Source: the human T2T-CHM13v2.0 reference genome, Homo sapiens | Reading direction: 5' to 3' (one strand) | NCBI RefSeq assembly: GCF_009914755.1 | Contig: NC_060929.1 | DNA: 64,000 nt | Made by a program: the position numbers and the translations under genes | The notes under the pieces: generated by a model | What the model was told of the DNA's origin: nothing | The model's database searches: none | The model's input: the letters and a program-made list of their open reading frames with translations, nothing else | In this document: positions 11,366 through 25,460 of the stretch, piece after piece | Position numbering within the stretch: the stretch's first letter is position 1 | Layout: each line of letters begins with the position of its first letter

Positions 11366-14305
11366 CAAAATAGATTATTTGAAGCTCAAATAACACGACA
11401 ACTTATAACTGAAGACTATTTGGATCCTACTTACTTATAAAAATGTTGTTTCCTAAAGTTTTATCTATTAGAGTTATCTCTACCTACTTAATGGGCTCAA
11501 ATTCCTGCTTAACATATTTGTATTAATGATTCCATCAGAAACAATTTTGATCAAGGAATCTTAGATTCTAGGTTAGGAATACGTCGTATCTCATGCACTG
11601 TTGTGATTTATTTTTCTAAAAGACAATTTTAATTCAGACTTACCATTGCTAAGTTTTTCAAAGGATATCCCTTTAATAATGTACAATCTCATCATTCCAG
11701 AATTCAAAACTATTTTTGGCCATAATCTAGGCTATTTCACACTTTCCCCAGCAAGGTAGCTATTGTTTCATTCAAATTAGACTATTCAATATGTCTCATA
11801 CATCTCTACCTCAGGGCCTTTGCACACTTTGTTCCTGTCTGCCAGAAATTCTCTCAGAATTTGGACATTTTTCTGAGACATTTCTCTCATGGTGACTAAT
11901 CCTGCCTGCTGATTACCTCTTCATTCTTCAAGGTCCATTTCCAGTGCATCCCAGTAAAGCGGCTAACCAAACACAAGTTACATGCAGGTTGATTCTTGTC
12001 AATGTGGGTTCTTATCAGATTAGTGGCTCCCTGGTCACCAGGTTTCCCTGTGAAAGTGCTTCACAGTTTGTTTCTATCTTATGACATATAAGGAATACAA
12101 ATACAGTAAGAATACTTGAAAGAGAACTTTGGGGAGTAAACTCAAAAATTCAAACAGTTCTAAAATATCAAATGCATAATCAATTAATTAAATGGAAAAT
12201 ACAGCTCTACTTTAGAGCTATAAAAAGAAGCTAACATATGTGCTGTAAAAAATAATAAATGTAAACAGCAAAAAACTAAATTAAGGTTTAGTATGGAGAA
12301 ATCTTTAGCACTTTGCACAGTCCTGAAAATGTGAATATCTACAATATACATGTAGGGCATTCCAGCATATAACTTAGAGCATTGACACAGAAATTATCAC
12401 TGGGGAAAAGGGATGCCATATGCCACAGTGGGTTATATCAAAATACAAAGTTTGAAAAATCATGGGATATGTGATTTACAATTGGTAAGTTTCTGTTTTT
12501 CTATTTAGTTAAATTAAGTCTCAAACTCCCTCCCTTATAAAGACTTACTCCAGACTTTATAACAACACTTAGTTAATATAAAAATTATTTGCCCCAGATG
12601 AGAATATAAAGCAACATTGTTGTACCAGGAGCCTGATTTGCTAGCAACTCCAATGGCTACATTAAGTTATTCCAAGCATTGTCACACTGGTGTTTTCCTG
12701 CAAGAGAATCTCACAGAGGTTCCCAGCCCTAGGATCTCCCTCGCCTGAGAACGTTTGGCTCTACTACCAATTTAACATACCACGGTATGTTAAATTCAGT
12801 TCCCGGGAAGCAAAGTACATGCTGTAGCCTAATAAAAAATTTTTGACTAAGGTACTATGTGGGAGTTGTACTCAAGGCATTCTTATTTGTAAAGGAAAGA
12901 GGAAAGCATTTAAGAATTATGAAGGAAACCAAGTGAAATGCTTGATTGAAAGCACTTGGATCTCAGAGCTAGCTCTTCCCCTTAAGAATAATCCTAATGC
13001 ACATTAGGGTATCAAAACATTTTTTATTTAAGTACTCAGTCGATATGATTTTTCAAGGTCAAGATCATTATAACTTCAAAGTCCCTCTGCTCTTCTGAAG
13101 GCAGATGCTACTGAATGCTACAAAATCAGCAAACCAAATTAGTAACTCAACTAAGCTTCTTGATGTAATGAAGATGGGCTATAAAACAGGATGTAACTTT
13201 TTTCTTTTAAAACTAAATAATGGTATTATTCATAAATGATTATGGGCATTACTCCAAACTGTTCCTCTTTGCTCAGCCATTATTCTAGTCATATAGCTTA
13301 AAAAATTGAAGACTTAGAATTACATGACAATAATGACAAACTCTCCCATCTGTCTTTCTGAGAGAGGAGGCTCCATCATCTCCTGAAGCAGAACACACCC
13401 ATGATTAGCCCAAGACTAAGAAATGGCTTCAAATCTGATGAGAGGCACTTTGATAATATGCCTCTTGCTCCCAGGGAAATAAATCTCAGAATTCTAGAAG
13501 AGAAAGCAGATTGAATATTTCATTTCTAAAAAGTGATCTGTGTTCAAGCAAAATAAAAATAAGAAAATGGTGCTTATACTCCCTCTGGACAGAGAGAGTA
13601 AATACGGTAAACAAATGACTATACAATGGCATGATCAAGAAACATTCCCACAGCCTTCCAAAGGAAAAGGCAGAATCTATGTAAATAGTGAAAGGGGTAA
13701 AAGTATTTAAGGGGGTGGAGTGAAGGTAAGAATCACTTGGTATGTTGAGAGAACAATGATCCTTAAGAATTTAAGGATCCTTAAGAGTTGATTTGGCGCC
13801 ACTCCTCCTACATCCAAATTTTTCTTGAAGAGCATATAACCAAGAAAGTATATATCTTAACCATAATTATTTTATTTTAAATGAGCTGAAATAAACTCTA
13901 TTGCAAATGGGATTTGAATAGCTTGAAGATAAGAGCAGGTTTTGGTCCCTCACCTTTTGTGTCTGGGTGTACCATTAGCTTACACAAATTTGAAATATTA
14001 GGTTGATTTAAAAAAATTAAAAATGTATCTATGGAATAAATTTATGTGGCAGTTCTGATTATGGGCCTTCATTTACAAGAAAAAACAAGGATCTATGGAT
14101 CATTAATTAAAACTAAGCAATTAAACAAAAACATTTGCCTGAGCTAAATAGGTTTAGAACATTATTTTTTGGTATGATTACATAAAATTGTATCATTTTA
14201 TATAGGTGGATAATGATTACATATTACTCCTTTGTATAGCTGAGAGAGTACTTACATTAAACTTTACCTTCTTTTCCAAAAGGCCACTAATAGTTATCAT
14301 ATATA

Positions 14306-14553
14306 GGCCAGGCACGGTGGCTCATGCCTGTAATCCTAGCACTTTGGGAGACCAAGGTTGGCGGATTACTTGAGGTCGGGAGTTCTAGACCAGCCTGGCC
14401 AACATGGTGAAACCCTGCCTCTACTAAAAATACAAAAATTAGTCAGAAATTGCTGGAACTCGGGAGGTGCAGATTACAGTGAGCCAAGATCGCGCCACAG
14501 CACTCCAGTCTGGGCAACAGAGCGAGACTCCATCTCAAAGAAAAAAAAAAAAA
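14306..14553 (+). mobile_element. AluS with about 55-bp internal deletion at the start of the right arm
   Basis: The left arm is intact, then aaaaattagtcag jumps directly to aaattgctggaactcgggagg. Poly(A) tail present. Confidence 0.9.
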
Positions 14554-16407
14554 GCCATCACATAAACTCTTTCCAAGATTAACAAAACTTGATAAATTTG
14601 TCATTTTGGAGAAGTTTAGCGTTTTTATTTCATATACTCGATAAACTGAGACTCAGCACATTCTTTGGACATTACATAACATAATCAATATTTGAATCTA
14701 GGTATAGAACTGGCTTGGTGGCTTGGTATCTTGTGCCCTGCCATTAGAAAGCACAGTCCATTTTAACAGCTCATTTTGCACCTGCCCTGGAATTATGCAG
14801 TCTGATTCACAGTTTCAGGATGCTATTCAGTCCATAAAGGGATTTGGAATTGATAACTTCCTCACATATTTAAAGTTATTCTTTGGTCATATTCAAGTTG
14901 GTGATATTCGTATTTTAATTTACACAATAAAAGTCTTTCATGTATATCAAGTATACCAAGGTGAGTTGCAAATCCCTGAATCTTAAGTCATGATTTATAT
15001 TGTGCCAAAATTCTTGCTCATTGCAGAGGAAGAAGTGAACACATAAAGCTTCTATTACTATAGTTATTTGATTGGAGACAGCGACATAACTAGAAATAAT
15101 AGTCAGCTTCCCAGGAGTGTCCAAATGTATGAACTAAGATGTAGTAGTATAAAAAACCAAGGTGATCAAAAGGAGTTTCATTTCATGAAGGCTAGATGAA
15201 CTGCAATTATATCTAGAAAAGAAAGTGACCACTCAAAATCAGTTTAAAAATAAAAGAATGGTCATCATGGAGAATTTGTCTTTATAGGTTAATTCCTTTG
15301 GACATTAGTAACTTAAAATCTATGGAGGCTTGGCATGAAGGTCAAAGATGGCATGTTAAATCTTCAGGGCACACACATTTACACTAAAAAACACTTCTGT
15401 AACATTGTTTCAATCAACATTTCTGAACTTATTTGACCAGGGCATTGTTTTTATATATGCATAATACTGACATGTCTGTGAAGGACGCTTTTGGATTAGA
15501 TGAGATAAAGAATGGTCTAAAAAGATGCTAAGTAAGGACTGAATCTGTCCTATGCTCATTGAACTGCAAATCTGAGAGTTATCAGAATATTGCTTATGTA
15601 AGAGGCTGTCTTCTATGCAAGTAAAAATTGTAAATGGTGATCTGAGGATCATAACTCCTGGAGGCTTCAGTCTTATCAATTCTATATAGAGATCAGGGGG
15701 TAAGGTGAGATTTTTCCTGATAGAACTAGTGAATACATTCCTTTTGAGAGAGAAGTTCCTCTGCTGTGAGTCCCTTTACAACCTCTTTTGGGATAGGGGT
15801 GTGAAAAGGCTACTTTCTAACACCTGACATATGGAAAACACTTGAAACAAATTCATTTAAGGATCTTTGAAATAAGCTCATGTGGTTGGGAGACATGGAT
15901 CTGGACTCTGAATAATATCTGACAACATGTAAATAGTCTGCGAACGCTGGAGTCTGACTATCGTCAAGGAAGGCTAGATACACTCTCCTCATTGGTTTGG
16001 AAGAGAAGGAAGAGGAGTGCTAACAGATTGTCTAGGAGAAGGATGCATGAGTGCTTCTCTGTGGACTACATCTGAACCATATAGGAGGGCCAGCATTCCA
16101 TTTTGGGTCCTGCCCAAGAGTGCCTCCTATCAGAATTTTACCTAAATAAAAAGATAATAATTTAGCCAAAACTCAAAGAGGGCAAATCACCAAAGAAGCT
16201 GCACATTACTCATCCACTATGTAAAGCCATGCTATAAGATTAAATTGAAATTTAAACATATACTTTTCATAAAAAGTAAAATTTTTAAAAAGTAACATAA
16301 TGTCCTTAAGACCTATCCTGGATTACACTGACTAAAAAATGAGTACAGAACTTTAGAACTAAACTTCTTGGCAGAACTTGGTTTGTAGACCTAAAATTTA
16401 TTCTTTT

Positions 16408-16574
<167 letters not shown>

Positions 16575-18212
16575 TTATATTCTTTTAATCAGCTGTTCCT
16601 GATTACATTGTTCCAAATGCCAGTAAATACCAAAGGGTTATACTAGTTTTCTTGTCCTCTATCAAACACTTATAAGATCAAGAACTTCATGATTTGAATT
16701 ATTACAAAATCATAACATCTTTGCATACAAATATCTATGATTCCATAAGTGAATACATTGAGTTTCCAAGTTAAACTTGGCTAATACAGGAAATTTAAAA
16801 ACATAAACTTTGTGAACTTATTTAATATGCAATAAAATGCTAATCACTGCAATCCTGGAAGTTAAACATTTGTTTTCTTATTGAGAAAATGTATAGCAAT
16901 GATGCAGACCAAAAAAAAAAGTGTGAAAGGGGCATTTTTATTAAAAGCAACATAAAATGAAAGAAAAGCAACAGTGTAAGAGAAACATCAGATTTAACGT
17001 GATGTAGTCTTATCTTAAATCTCCATAAAATTAGCCCAAATTCCTTTAAGTATATAATTCTTAGTTAAATTCAGCATTGTATAAAGTCTCTTCTTCCTTA
17101 CTACGTTCTTCGTTCTTTCCAATTCATTTGGAGACTATTTAAAAATGAACCTCAAACCAATTTTTGTGGTTTATCTTTTCATTACTTCAGTAATAAAATG
17201 CCAACTTGCTCACTGTAATAGCTAGTGGCAGTATAATTATATTCAAGGGAAATATCTAGGTTCCCTTTCTCATATTGTGTGATTATAGTGTTGAAAACTT
17301 CTGTAAATAAAGCAGTAACTGAAAACTTCTTTGGATGTTTTGAAAACAATTCTGAGACTAAGCTGTTATCACTCACCAAGAGAAATATTCTAGAGCCATT
17401 TTAATCATTACTTTCAGAAACGCTCTTTGGCAAGGTGCATGACTCTGTCAGGATCAACAAAGCCCCTACATTACACATTGTTCCATTAATTTAAAATATT
17501 CTTATTTATCTGTCAGAAAGCTACTGATGTTTGGTCAAGAATATTAGTACTGTCCCAATACCCTATATTTAGCCCTAGCCAAAGAAATTCTTCATGTGGG
17601 AAAAAAAAATCCAATGAATAAATCATTGCCTATATTTACTTTTTCTCTCTCTTGTGAGAAAAGTTTAGAGCAGCAATCATTTTAATTAGCACATTGAGCA
17701 TAAGAATGCATCACAGCAGTTGTTATATCCAGTTTTAAGACTGGAGAGTGTGGCGACTTATCTAGATATACAGGTAATATATGCTCAGCTAAGCATATGG
17801 ATTGTAATATAAATTATGATTATAGATGAGGGGGGGTACAGAGGGACATGCACAATAGCTGCCTGTCTCCACTTAATCAGCTAACATTTTTCTAACACAT
17901 ACGAGAGAAGGGTTTATTTTAACTATTGACATATGATAGAAAATGAGCCATGATAACATCTTCTATCAGCTTTTTACATTTTGAAATATATAGCTATTTT
18001 TTCTGTAGATGTAAAGTCACATTTAAAAAGATTATTATTCAACTGAGAAATGAGAAGCAAAAGATATGAGAACTATCTTGAAGAAACCTCAAAATATCAA
18101 AGAAGATAGTGTGTTTTTACTTTAAACATTTTATCTCTTTTTTTTTTTTATAGAGGAGATGGTGTAGTTATCTTGAACACAATTCAATTTACTGGTTCAG
18201 GTTAGCTGGTTA

Positions 18213-18502
<290 letters not shown>

Positions 18503-19329
18503 ATGGCAGAATGAAAAGTGAGTAGGACCTGTACACAGAAGCATTATAAAATACTGAATACTGGAAAAATCCTTACAATGGAGCATTTACAAATGTACTT
18601 CTCACTAACTGTGAATTAAATGATGTTTTTCAAATCTTTCTTACTATGATGAAGTGGAAACAGTCTGCTGTTACTTACATGCGCTTTGTCAGTTTTAAGT
18701 TTGCTGTTTTTAAAACTAAAATTCCTTTTGGGACAATGGTATGCCATGTAATAATGACAAGAATGAATGCTTTAAGGTTTCAAGGAAATGTGGTCAAATA
18801 GTATTAATAATATATTTGCAAGCTATGAAATGCAGCAGACAGTATGACACATACAGGCCAAAGTATAAACATTTTTATCAAAACCATGAAGTTCAGATTT
18901 TAAAAATCCATATTGATATAGCTGTATAGTCCTTACCACTACAACTTTCCTTAAATAAAAATTTGAACAAATATATATTGGAAATACAGGTCTGATAAAT
19001 GGAAAGACTTCCTTGAAGCCCTCTCTCGAAGTGATGTATATTGTAATTTGTGTCAGGATTGAAGACGGCTGAATCTTGTTGGCTTTTTATAAAATAATAA
19101 AATGAAATAGGCAAAAGAACATCTTGGCTTATGTCCTGGAGAAAACAATAGGAAATGCTGACTTCTGAGATTATTTATTAGTTGTAACTTCTGATGTCAT
19201 TTAAAAAAAATTGCAAGCTCAATTTTTTAAAAATGCTGTCCAATGTATCTTATCTAATTTTTGTTAAAATTTAAATTATTTTTTGGATAAATTTTATTGA
19301 ACTCCCTAATTCAAGTATTACACAATTTA

Positions 19330-21281
19330 TAAAAGCCAGAGCAAAATGAAAATGAGGGGGCTCTGGTTCAAAATGCGGGAAAAAAACTTATTAAATATAA
19401 TAAAATATAAAGATTTTTCCTTTAAAACTACTTTATTATTTATAAAACCTAATGTGATAACAGTGATAAATGAGTAAAAATATAAGCTTACAAATTTTAA
19501 AAATCAATATTTTAATGTCATAGTTATATGTAATACCATAAATAATACTGTATTAATGTGATATTTTGATTGGTCATAAAATTTTTCTGGCTTATTTTTC
19601 TGAAATTCATTTCTTAGATTATCAAAATTTATACAATTAACAACTTTATTTTCAATGATTTAGTTGAAAATGACATTAGTTGCTCTTGGCTATTGGAAGA
19701 TTACTTATTTTTAAATTTAAATTTAAATTTTAAATTTTACATATTTTTAAATTTAAAAATGATCTTTCTATTAATTCAAATGTTATTAAACCTATTAGGA
19801 GTATTTTATAGGCTGTGAGATTAGGGTCAACTTCTGATAATTTATTTAAAAATATATATTTGAGTACATTTGGAGCTGATGATTTTCATAGAACAACTTT
19901 TCAATAAATATTTAACTTATCATGCCAATCTGTTTCATACCAATTTCACATTGAATTTAGTTTTTATATCTGAATTTATTTTTTAATTTAACTTTTTACT
20001 TTTAGGTAATTACAGATTTACATGCAAGTTATAAGAAATAATAGAGAGAGATTCTATGTACTCTTCACTCAGCTTCCCCAGAGGTAACATGCTGCAAACT
20101 ATAGAATAGTTTCATAGTCAGGAAATTGACATTGATATAATGTACTCATCTCATTTATAGCTCAGTAATTTAAGTGTACTCATTTGTGTGCCTATATGTG
20201 TGTGTGTGTATTTATGTCTATGCAATTTTGTCACATGTGTAGGTTCATGTATTTATTACCACAGTCAAGACACAGAATAATTCCATCACAAGGGTCACTT
20301 ATACTGCCTTTTATTGAATTGAATGTTAAATTTAAATGTATGCAAGGATGTTTTAGTGTTTCTTCTGATATTTCCTGTAACTTGTCAAGGCCGTGCAAAA
20401 AATTGAAAGTAGTTTCAAGATTTGCATATAATTTAAAATGCCTGTTTATATATTGTATTGCTATATTTTTAGTTACAAAGAAAGTTTAATTTAAAAATTA
20501 TCTTCCTTGTTAATAATTGGTTTAATTTAAAACTTCATATAAAAATCGTGTTATTTTCCATCAAATGTGAGTCTTAAATTTAATTTGTATTTCTAAGTTT
20601 ATGGACATCTGCTGTGCAATTTTGCAGCAGCTTTCAAAACTGGACATTGTAAACACTGAGGAATTCTAATGACTTTCTAAAGTGCTTACTGCCGTGCCCA
20701 TGTGTAAACATTTATTTTGTAATAATTTATTTACAAAGTTTACTGCCTGAGTGCCATGGGTATTGTCTTGGAATTTAGGTGGGAGATTTAATATCTGTTT
20801 AGATACTACAGGGATGGTCCCTTGGGACTGATGAGCAAGCTCTCTACTCACCATGGGTGTTCTCCCTGCCTGCATGGATAGCCACTTTCATCTCTCACGA
20901 CTGCCTTTGTTGCTGCTGCTTCTCCTGCTGCTACAGATAGTCACTCCTAATCTGGGACCAGTCCTGGTTTGGCCACATCAGGGACACATAGCATCTAGAC
21001 TGCTGAGTGATGCATATGCTGCCTTGCTGCTAGGCCAATTGCATGTCTCCTGTGCCTACAGGCCTGAATCTGTGTGTGTGATGCTGCCATCCTGCAGCTC
21101 TGCTGCTCATGTTCACACCCTGTTGTCCTAGTGGACTTCACTTACAAAACATAAGTTCAAAGATAAAATTATTAAGAGTTTCAAGATGGCAGGAGCAGAA
21201 CATTAAACCAAGCACAGGGTTCTTTTGACAGTGAGGGGCTCTGTGCAACTTCAAGGTCACATATCAATGAAGCCAAACCTG
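19330..21281 (-). mobile_element. MER45R-like hAT-Tip100 DNA transposon fossil, interrupted by an L1 fragment
   Basis: The reverse complement of the right end, caggtttggcttcattgatatgtgacc...cttggtttaatgttctgctcctgccatcttgaaactcttaataattttatctttgaactt, matches the recalled MER45 terminus. Net length is about 1.6 kb, with a hAT dimerisation-domain remnant near 19590-19860. Confidence 0.75.
19978..20315 (-). mobile_element. L1MB/L1MC-type 3'UTR fragment nested in MER45R
   Basis: ttacagatttacatgcaagttataagaaataatagagagagattc..tgtac.cttcac.cag.ttcccc...ggtaacat..tgcaaactatag. Confidence 0.7.
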
Positions 21282-22139
21282 CATTTGTCAAATTAACTCT
21301 TAAATTATCATAAACTTTTCAAGCTATTTTATTTTGAATAGATATGGGTAGTTTTGTTTGTTGTTAATAGGGTTTTCCAACATCAAATTTGTAGATTTAA
21401 ACAATAAAACAGAAGATTGAAAAGCCCAGTCTTATAAACCTTGGAACTGCACATAGTTGCTAAAAAATAAAGAAAATAACTAGCCCCATTTAGCTGAAAG
21501 GATTGAGGTTCTTAAAGTGAAATTCACTATTATTTAATTATAATAAAAGTCCTGCTCATATTAAATTATCCTCTCTATATATGTATTTTCGCAAAAGTAA
21601 AAAATAAGATTTAATTTTAACACAAGAAAATTAGTTGTATGTCATATTTTAATATGTACATAGTATAATAAACTCATGCAAAAACTCTTATTTTGGAGAA
21701 TGAGCAAATTTATACTTTACTTTATCAGTGAAAATGTATAATACTCAGAAATACATCTAAGATTTCCAAAATTCTAGATGGTCCATGAACAAGAAATGGT
21801 ATATTTACATTTACTAAAATGTAAAATCTAATTCAAGATTTCCTTTCTCCACATAAGGGTACAGACAAGGTATATTGTTAAAGCATCTTGAGGTATTTAG
21901 ATAAAATGGAAATAATAAAAAGTTCAATGGGGTGTCGAGTGGAGACTACACTTTATTTCTATTGGTATTGTTTATTTCTTTTTGTATGAATGGAGGCAGG
22001 GTATGGAGCTGGAAAAGAAAGTTTAATTCAGTTTTTCAGAATAATACAGCTATGTCTATTCTCATTTATTTCACTAGAGACACAAAACACACACCTGTGT
22101 ATACATGCTCTTAAATGACTTGAAATAAATATATATTAA

Positions 22140-22457
<318 letters not shown>

Positions 22458-22479
22458 TAAGAATGCTTTCTTATTTTTA

Positions 22480-23610
22480 AAATCATTAGCAACTTTTCTA
22501 TTTTCCATTCTTCACATGTTTCCATTCCTCTTTCTCTACCTACATTTCCCCAAAATCAGGTATGGATCATTCTGTGCCTTTCTCCATGTTCATATAATCA
22601 CACACACATGCACATACACAAATCCATGATTCTGGCTTTTTTTCCCACAAAAATGAATCCTATTATATATGCTCTTATTGTTGTTATCACATATAAAATG
22701 CCTCCAAATAATCTGTTGTTCACATAACTATGTAATAGTTTGTTGATCACACCATAGTTAATTCAGTCATTTTTTCCATTGTTCTCCAGCTTTTGCCACT
22801 ACAAACTATTCTTTAATTAAAAACTTTATCCATATATCTTTTCTTTCTGTCAGTAACACTCCCAAGAGTGTGATTGTTGGTTCAAAGAGTAAGATTTTCA
22901 GTTTGATTTTAAAATATATTGCCAGATTGATTTAAAAGGCAGTACCTTTTCCAATGTGTAAAAATATACTGTATCACCTTATAGAGTGAGAAATAATAAC
23001 CCATTGTTATTTTTATTAGCATTTCCCTAGCCAAGGAATTTGAGAAGGCGTTCATGTATTTATTTACCAAATGGGCTTGCTCATCTCTAATGAAATTTTT
23101 TTTTCCTTATTAATTTGCAATGCCTCCTTGAAGACTGGGTATCACCCCTTTAACTGATATGTGCTATAAATATTTATTCCTAATTTATCATTTGCCTATT
23201 GACCTTCTAATCATATAATTACTCATATAAATATTTCAATTAGTTTATGTAGGAAAATTAAATCTGTAAGTTCCTTGGCAGCTGCTGGATTTCTCATAAT
23301 GATTAAAAAGCTATCTCTAAATAAGATTATTCCTATGTCCTGAATGTTTTTTCAGATTATTTTATTTTTTATATTTACTTATACTTACACGTATTACCTA
23401 GAGAAAGGTTTTTTTTTTTTTTGGATATAGAAAAGTTCACATTTTCTTTATTCTAAATTAATGGATTGTCTTTTGTGCCAGTATATAACTTTTAGTAAAT
23501 CAACAGGTCTCCATATAGAGAAATATATCTCTTTTATTATATATTGTCTCTATAAAAATGGTATTTGTGTCTGGGCTCAATATTTTGTTTCACTGCTCTG
23601 TTTAGCCACT
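22480..23610 (-). mobile_element. Ancient L1 (L1ME-like) fragment
   Basis: Degenerate L1 motifs ttccagcttttgccactacaaac, cccaagagtg.gattgttggttcaaag, attgccagattg and gtgtctgggctc. Confidence 0.55.
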
Positions 23611-23839
23611 TTTATACTGAGTTTTAATTAAACAAGGTTTAATTAAACAAGGTCCTTGTTTAAAAAACAAGGACCATCTCAATTCCAACAGGGGTTTAAA
23701 CTGAACTACTGTGTGAGGGAATTTGAGTAAGACCATGGGTCATGCAGGTAAAAATCTAAAACACGAAGTTTGATGGGGAGTAGGAGTATTTGGAGGCTGA
23801 GAAAAGTTACCAAACCCCATAGTATGTGTGTGTACATAT

Positions 23840-24450
23840 ATAAAATTTTAGCCAGTCTAAATTGTAGAGAAGAAACAGGAGGGAATGAGGAGCATACCAG
23901 AAATATGACAGAATAGGGAACATACCAGGCAACACAGTGATGACCAGAGTCTGAGTCCTTAAACATTTTCAGTACAAAACGGGAAGCCAATGAAAACTTG
24001 TGAGCAGAGAATGATATGATCTAAACCGTATTTTAGGAAGATTGATCAGGCAGAATTGCAGAGTGCTGGTTCTTAACTAAGGATGATTTTACCACTTAGG
24101 AGACATGGCAACATACAACATCAGCAGACATTTTAGTTTTCACAACTGGCAGAGGTGCTATTAATATCTAAAGGGTAGAGGCCAGTGATGCTGTTAAAAA
24201 TTCTGCAGTTCAGAGGAGACTCCCTCTCCTGCCTCACAACAAAAAATTGGGAGGTCCAAAATATTAGCTGTGGTGAGGCTGAAAAATCCTGAGGTAGAGG
24301 AAGGATGTAATAAGGACCAAATACAGAAGTCAGTATAAATGTTATTACAAGTTTATGAGAAGTGAAATGAGAACTTAAATAATATAAAAGTATAAAGCAA
24401 CAACAATAACAATTTTGAGAAGACAGTATCTACAGAATGTAGAATATTAG
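23840..24450 (-). mobile_element. L2 fragment interrupted by MER20
   Basis: gggaagccaatgaaaacttgtgagcagagaatgatatgatctaa...ttttaggaagat is typical of antisense L2. Confidence 0.55.
24066..24291 (+). mobile_element. MER20 (hAT-Charlie)
   Basis: tggttcttaact..ggatgatttt.cc...gacattttagttttcacaactgg...gggtagaggccag.gatgctgttaaa...gaggctgaaaaatcctg. Confidence 0.85.
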
Positions 24451-24489
24451 GGATTCATGGAAAATTCAGAAGGATTAATGAAATATAGG

Positions 24490-24665
24490 CTTTCTCTCTC
24501 TCTCTCCCCCTTCCTCTTTCTTTCCTTCTTTCTTCCTTTCCTTTCCTTTCTTTCCTTTCTTTCCTCCTTCCTTCCTTCCTTCCTTCCTTCCTTCCTTCCT
24601 TCCTTCCTTCCTTCCTTCCTCTACTTCCTTCCCTCCCTCCCTCCCTCCTTTTCTTTTCTTTCTTT
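24490..24665. repeat. Polypyrimidine compound microsatellite (CT)n/(TTTCC)n/(TTCC)n/(CCCT)n
   Basis: About 175 nt that is almost entirely C/T, directly visible. Confidence 0.95.
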
Positions 24666-24812
24666 TGTCTCACTCTTTTATGCAAGCTGGAGTCCAGTGG
24701 CATAACCATAGCTCATAGAATTTGAGCTGTAACCTCAAATTCCTGGGCTCCAGCAATCCCATATCAGCCTTCTGAGTAGCTGAGACTACAGGCATAAGCC
24801 ACTGTATCTGGT
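24666..24812 (-). mobile_element. Free Alu monomer (FRAM/FAM-like); the adjacent microsatellite occupies its tail position
   Basis: gtctcactct...gctggagtccagtggc...ctcaaattcctgggctccagcaatcc...gtagctgagactacaggc, with taggct(a)ttct at both outer flanks. Confidence 0.75.
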
Positions 24813-25083
24813 CCTTAGGCTATTCTTCATGAAGAGTGAATGATTAGGCATAAGGATCTTCTCTGTTACTCTACAAGGCCAATATTGCTTTCTTTAGACA
24901 CTGAATTTTGTCTACACACATTGCTTGTGTTTGCAAGGGCCAAGTGAACCATAACAAAGGAAAGTGAGCATTTAAGTAGCAGATTCTGAGGCTGGTGTTG
25001 AAAGAATTCCAAGTAGAGGAATGACATCCTAACCCCTCCTCCATCATACCTACATATCATTAAAATCCCAGGAACAAAGGGCT

Positions 25084-25460
25084 TGTATTAGTCCATTCTC
25101 AGGCTGCTAATAAAGATATACCTGAGACTAGGTAATTTATAAAGGAAAGTGGTTTAATTGACTCAGTTCAGCATGGCCGGGGATGCCTCAGGAAACATAA
25201 CCATGGCAGAAGGGGAAGCAAACACGCCTTTCTTCACAGGGTGGCAGGAAAGAGAAATGCCAAGCAAAAGGGAAAAAGGTCCCTTATAAAACCATCAGAT
25301 CTAGTGAGAACTCACTCACTATCATGAGAACAGCAGCATGGGGATAACTCCCCCACCATGATTCAATCACCTCCCACCGGGTTCCTCCCACAGCATGTGG
25401 GGATTATGAGAACTACAATTCAAGATGAGATTTTGGTGGGGACACAGCCAAACCATATCA
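25084..25460 (-). mobile_element. THE1 (THE1D-like) solo LTR with perfect TSD GGGCT
   Basis: tgtattagtcc ... gacacagccaaaccatatca, with GGGCT at 25079-25083 and 25461-25465. Confidence 0.93.

Noticed and set aside
20853-21131. Leu-rich 92-aa ORF resembling a signal peptide
   Set aside because: It lies within the MER45-type transposon, antisense to HCN1. The Leu run comes from a ctg-rich patch, and I see no splice or promoter support.
24455-24709. Low-complexity ORFs (KEGR repeats, PSFL repeats)
   Set aside because: They are translations of the (TTCC)n microsatellite.
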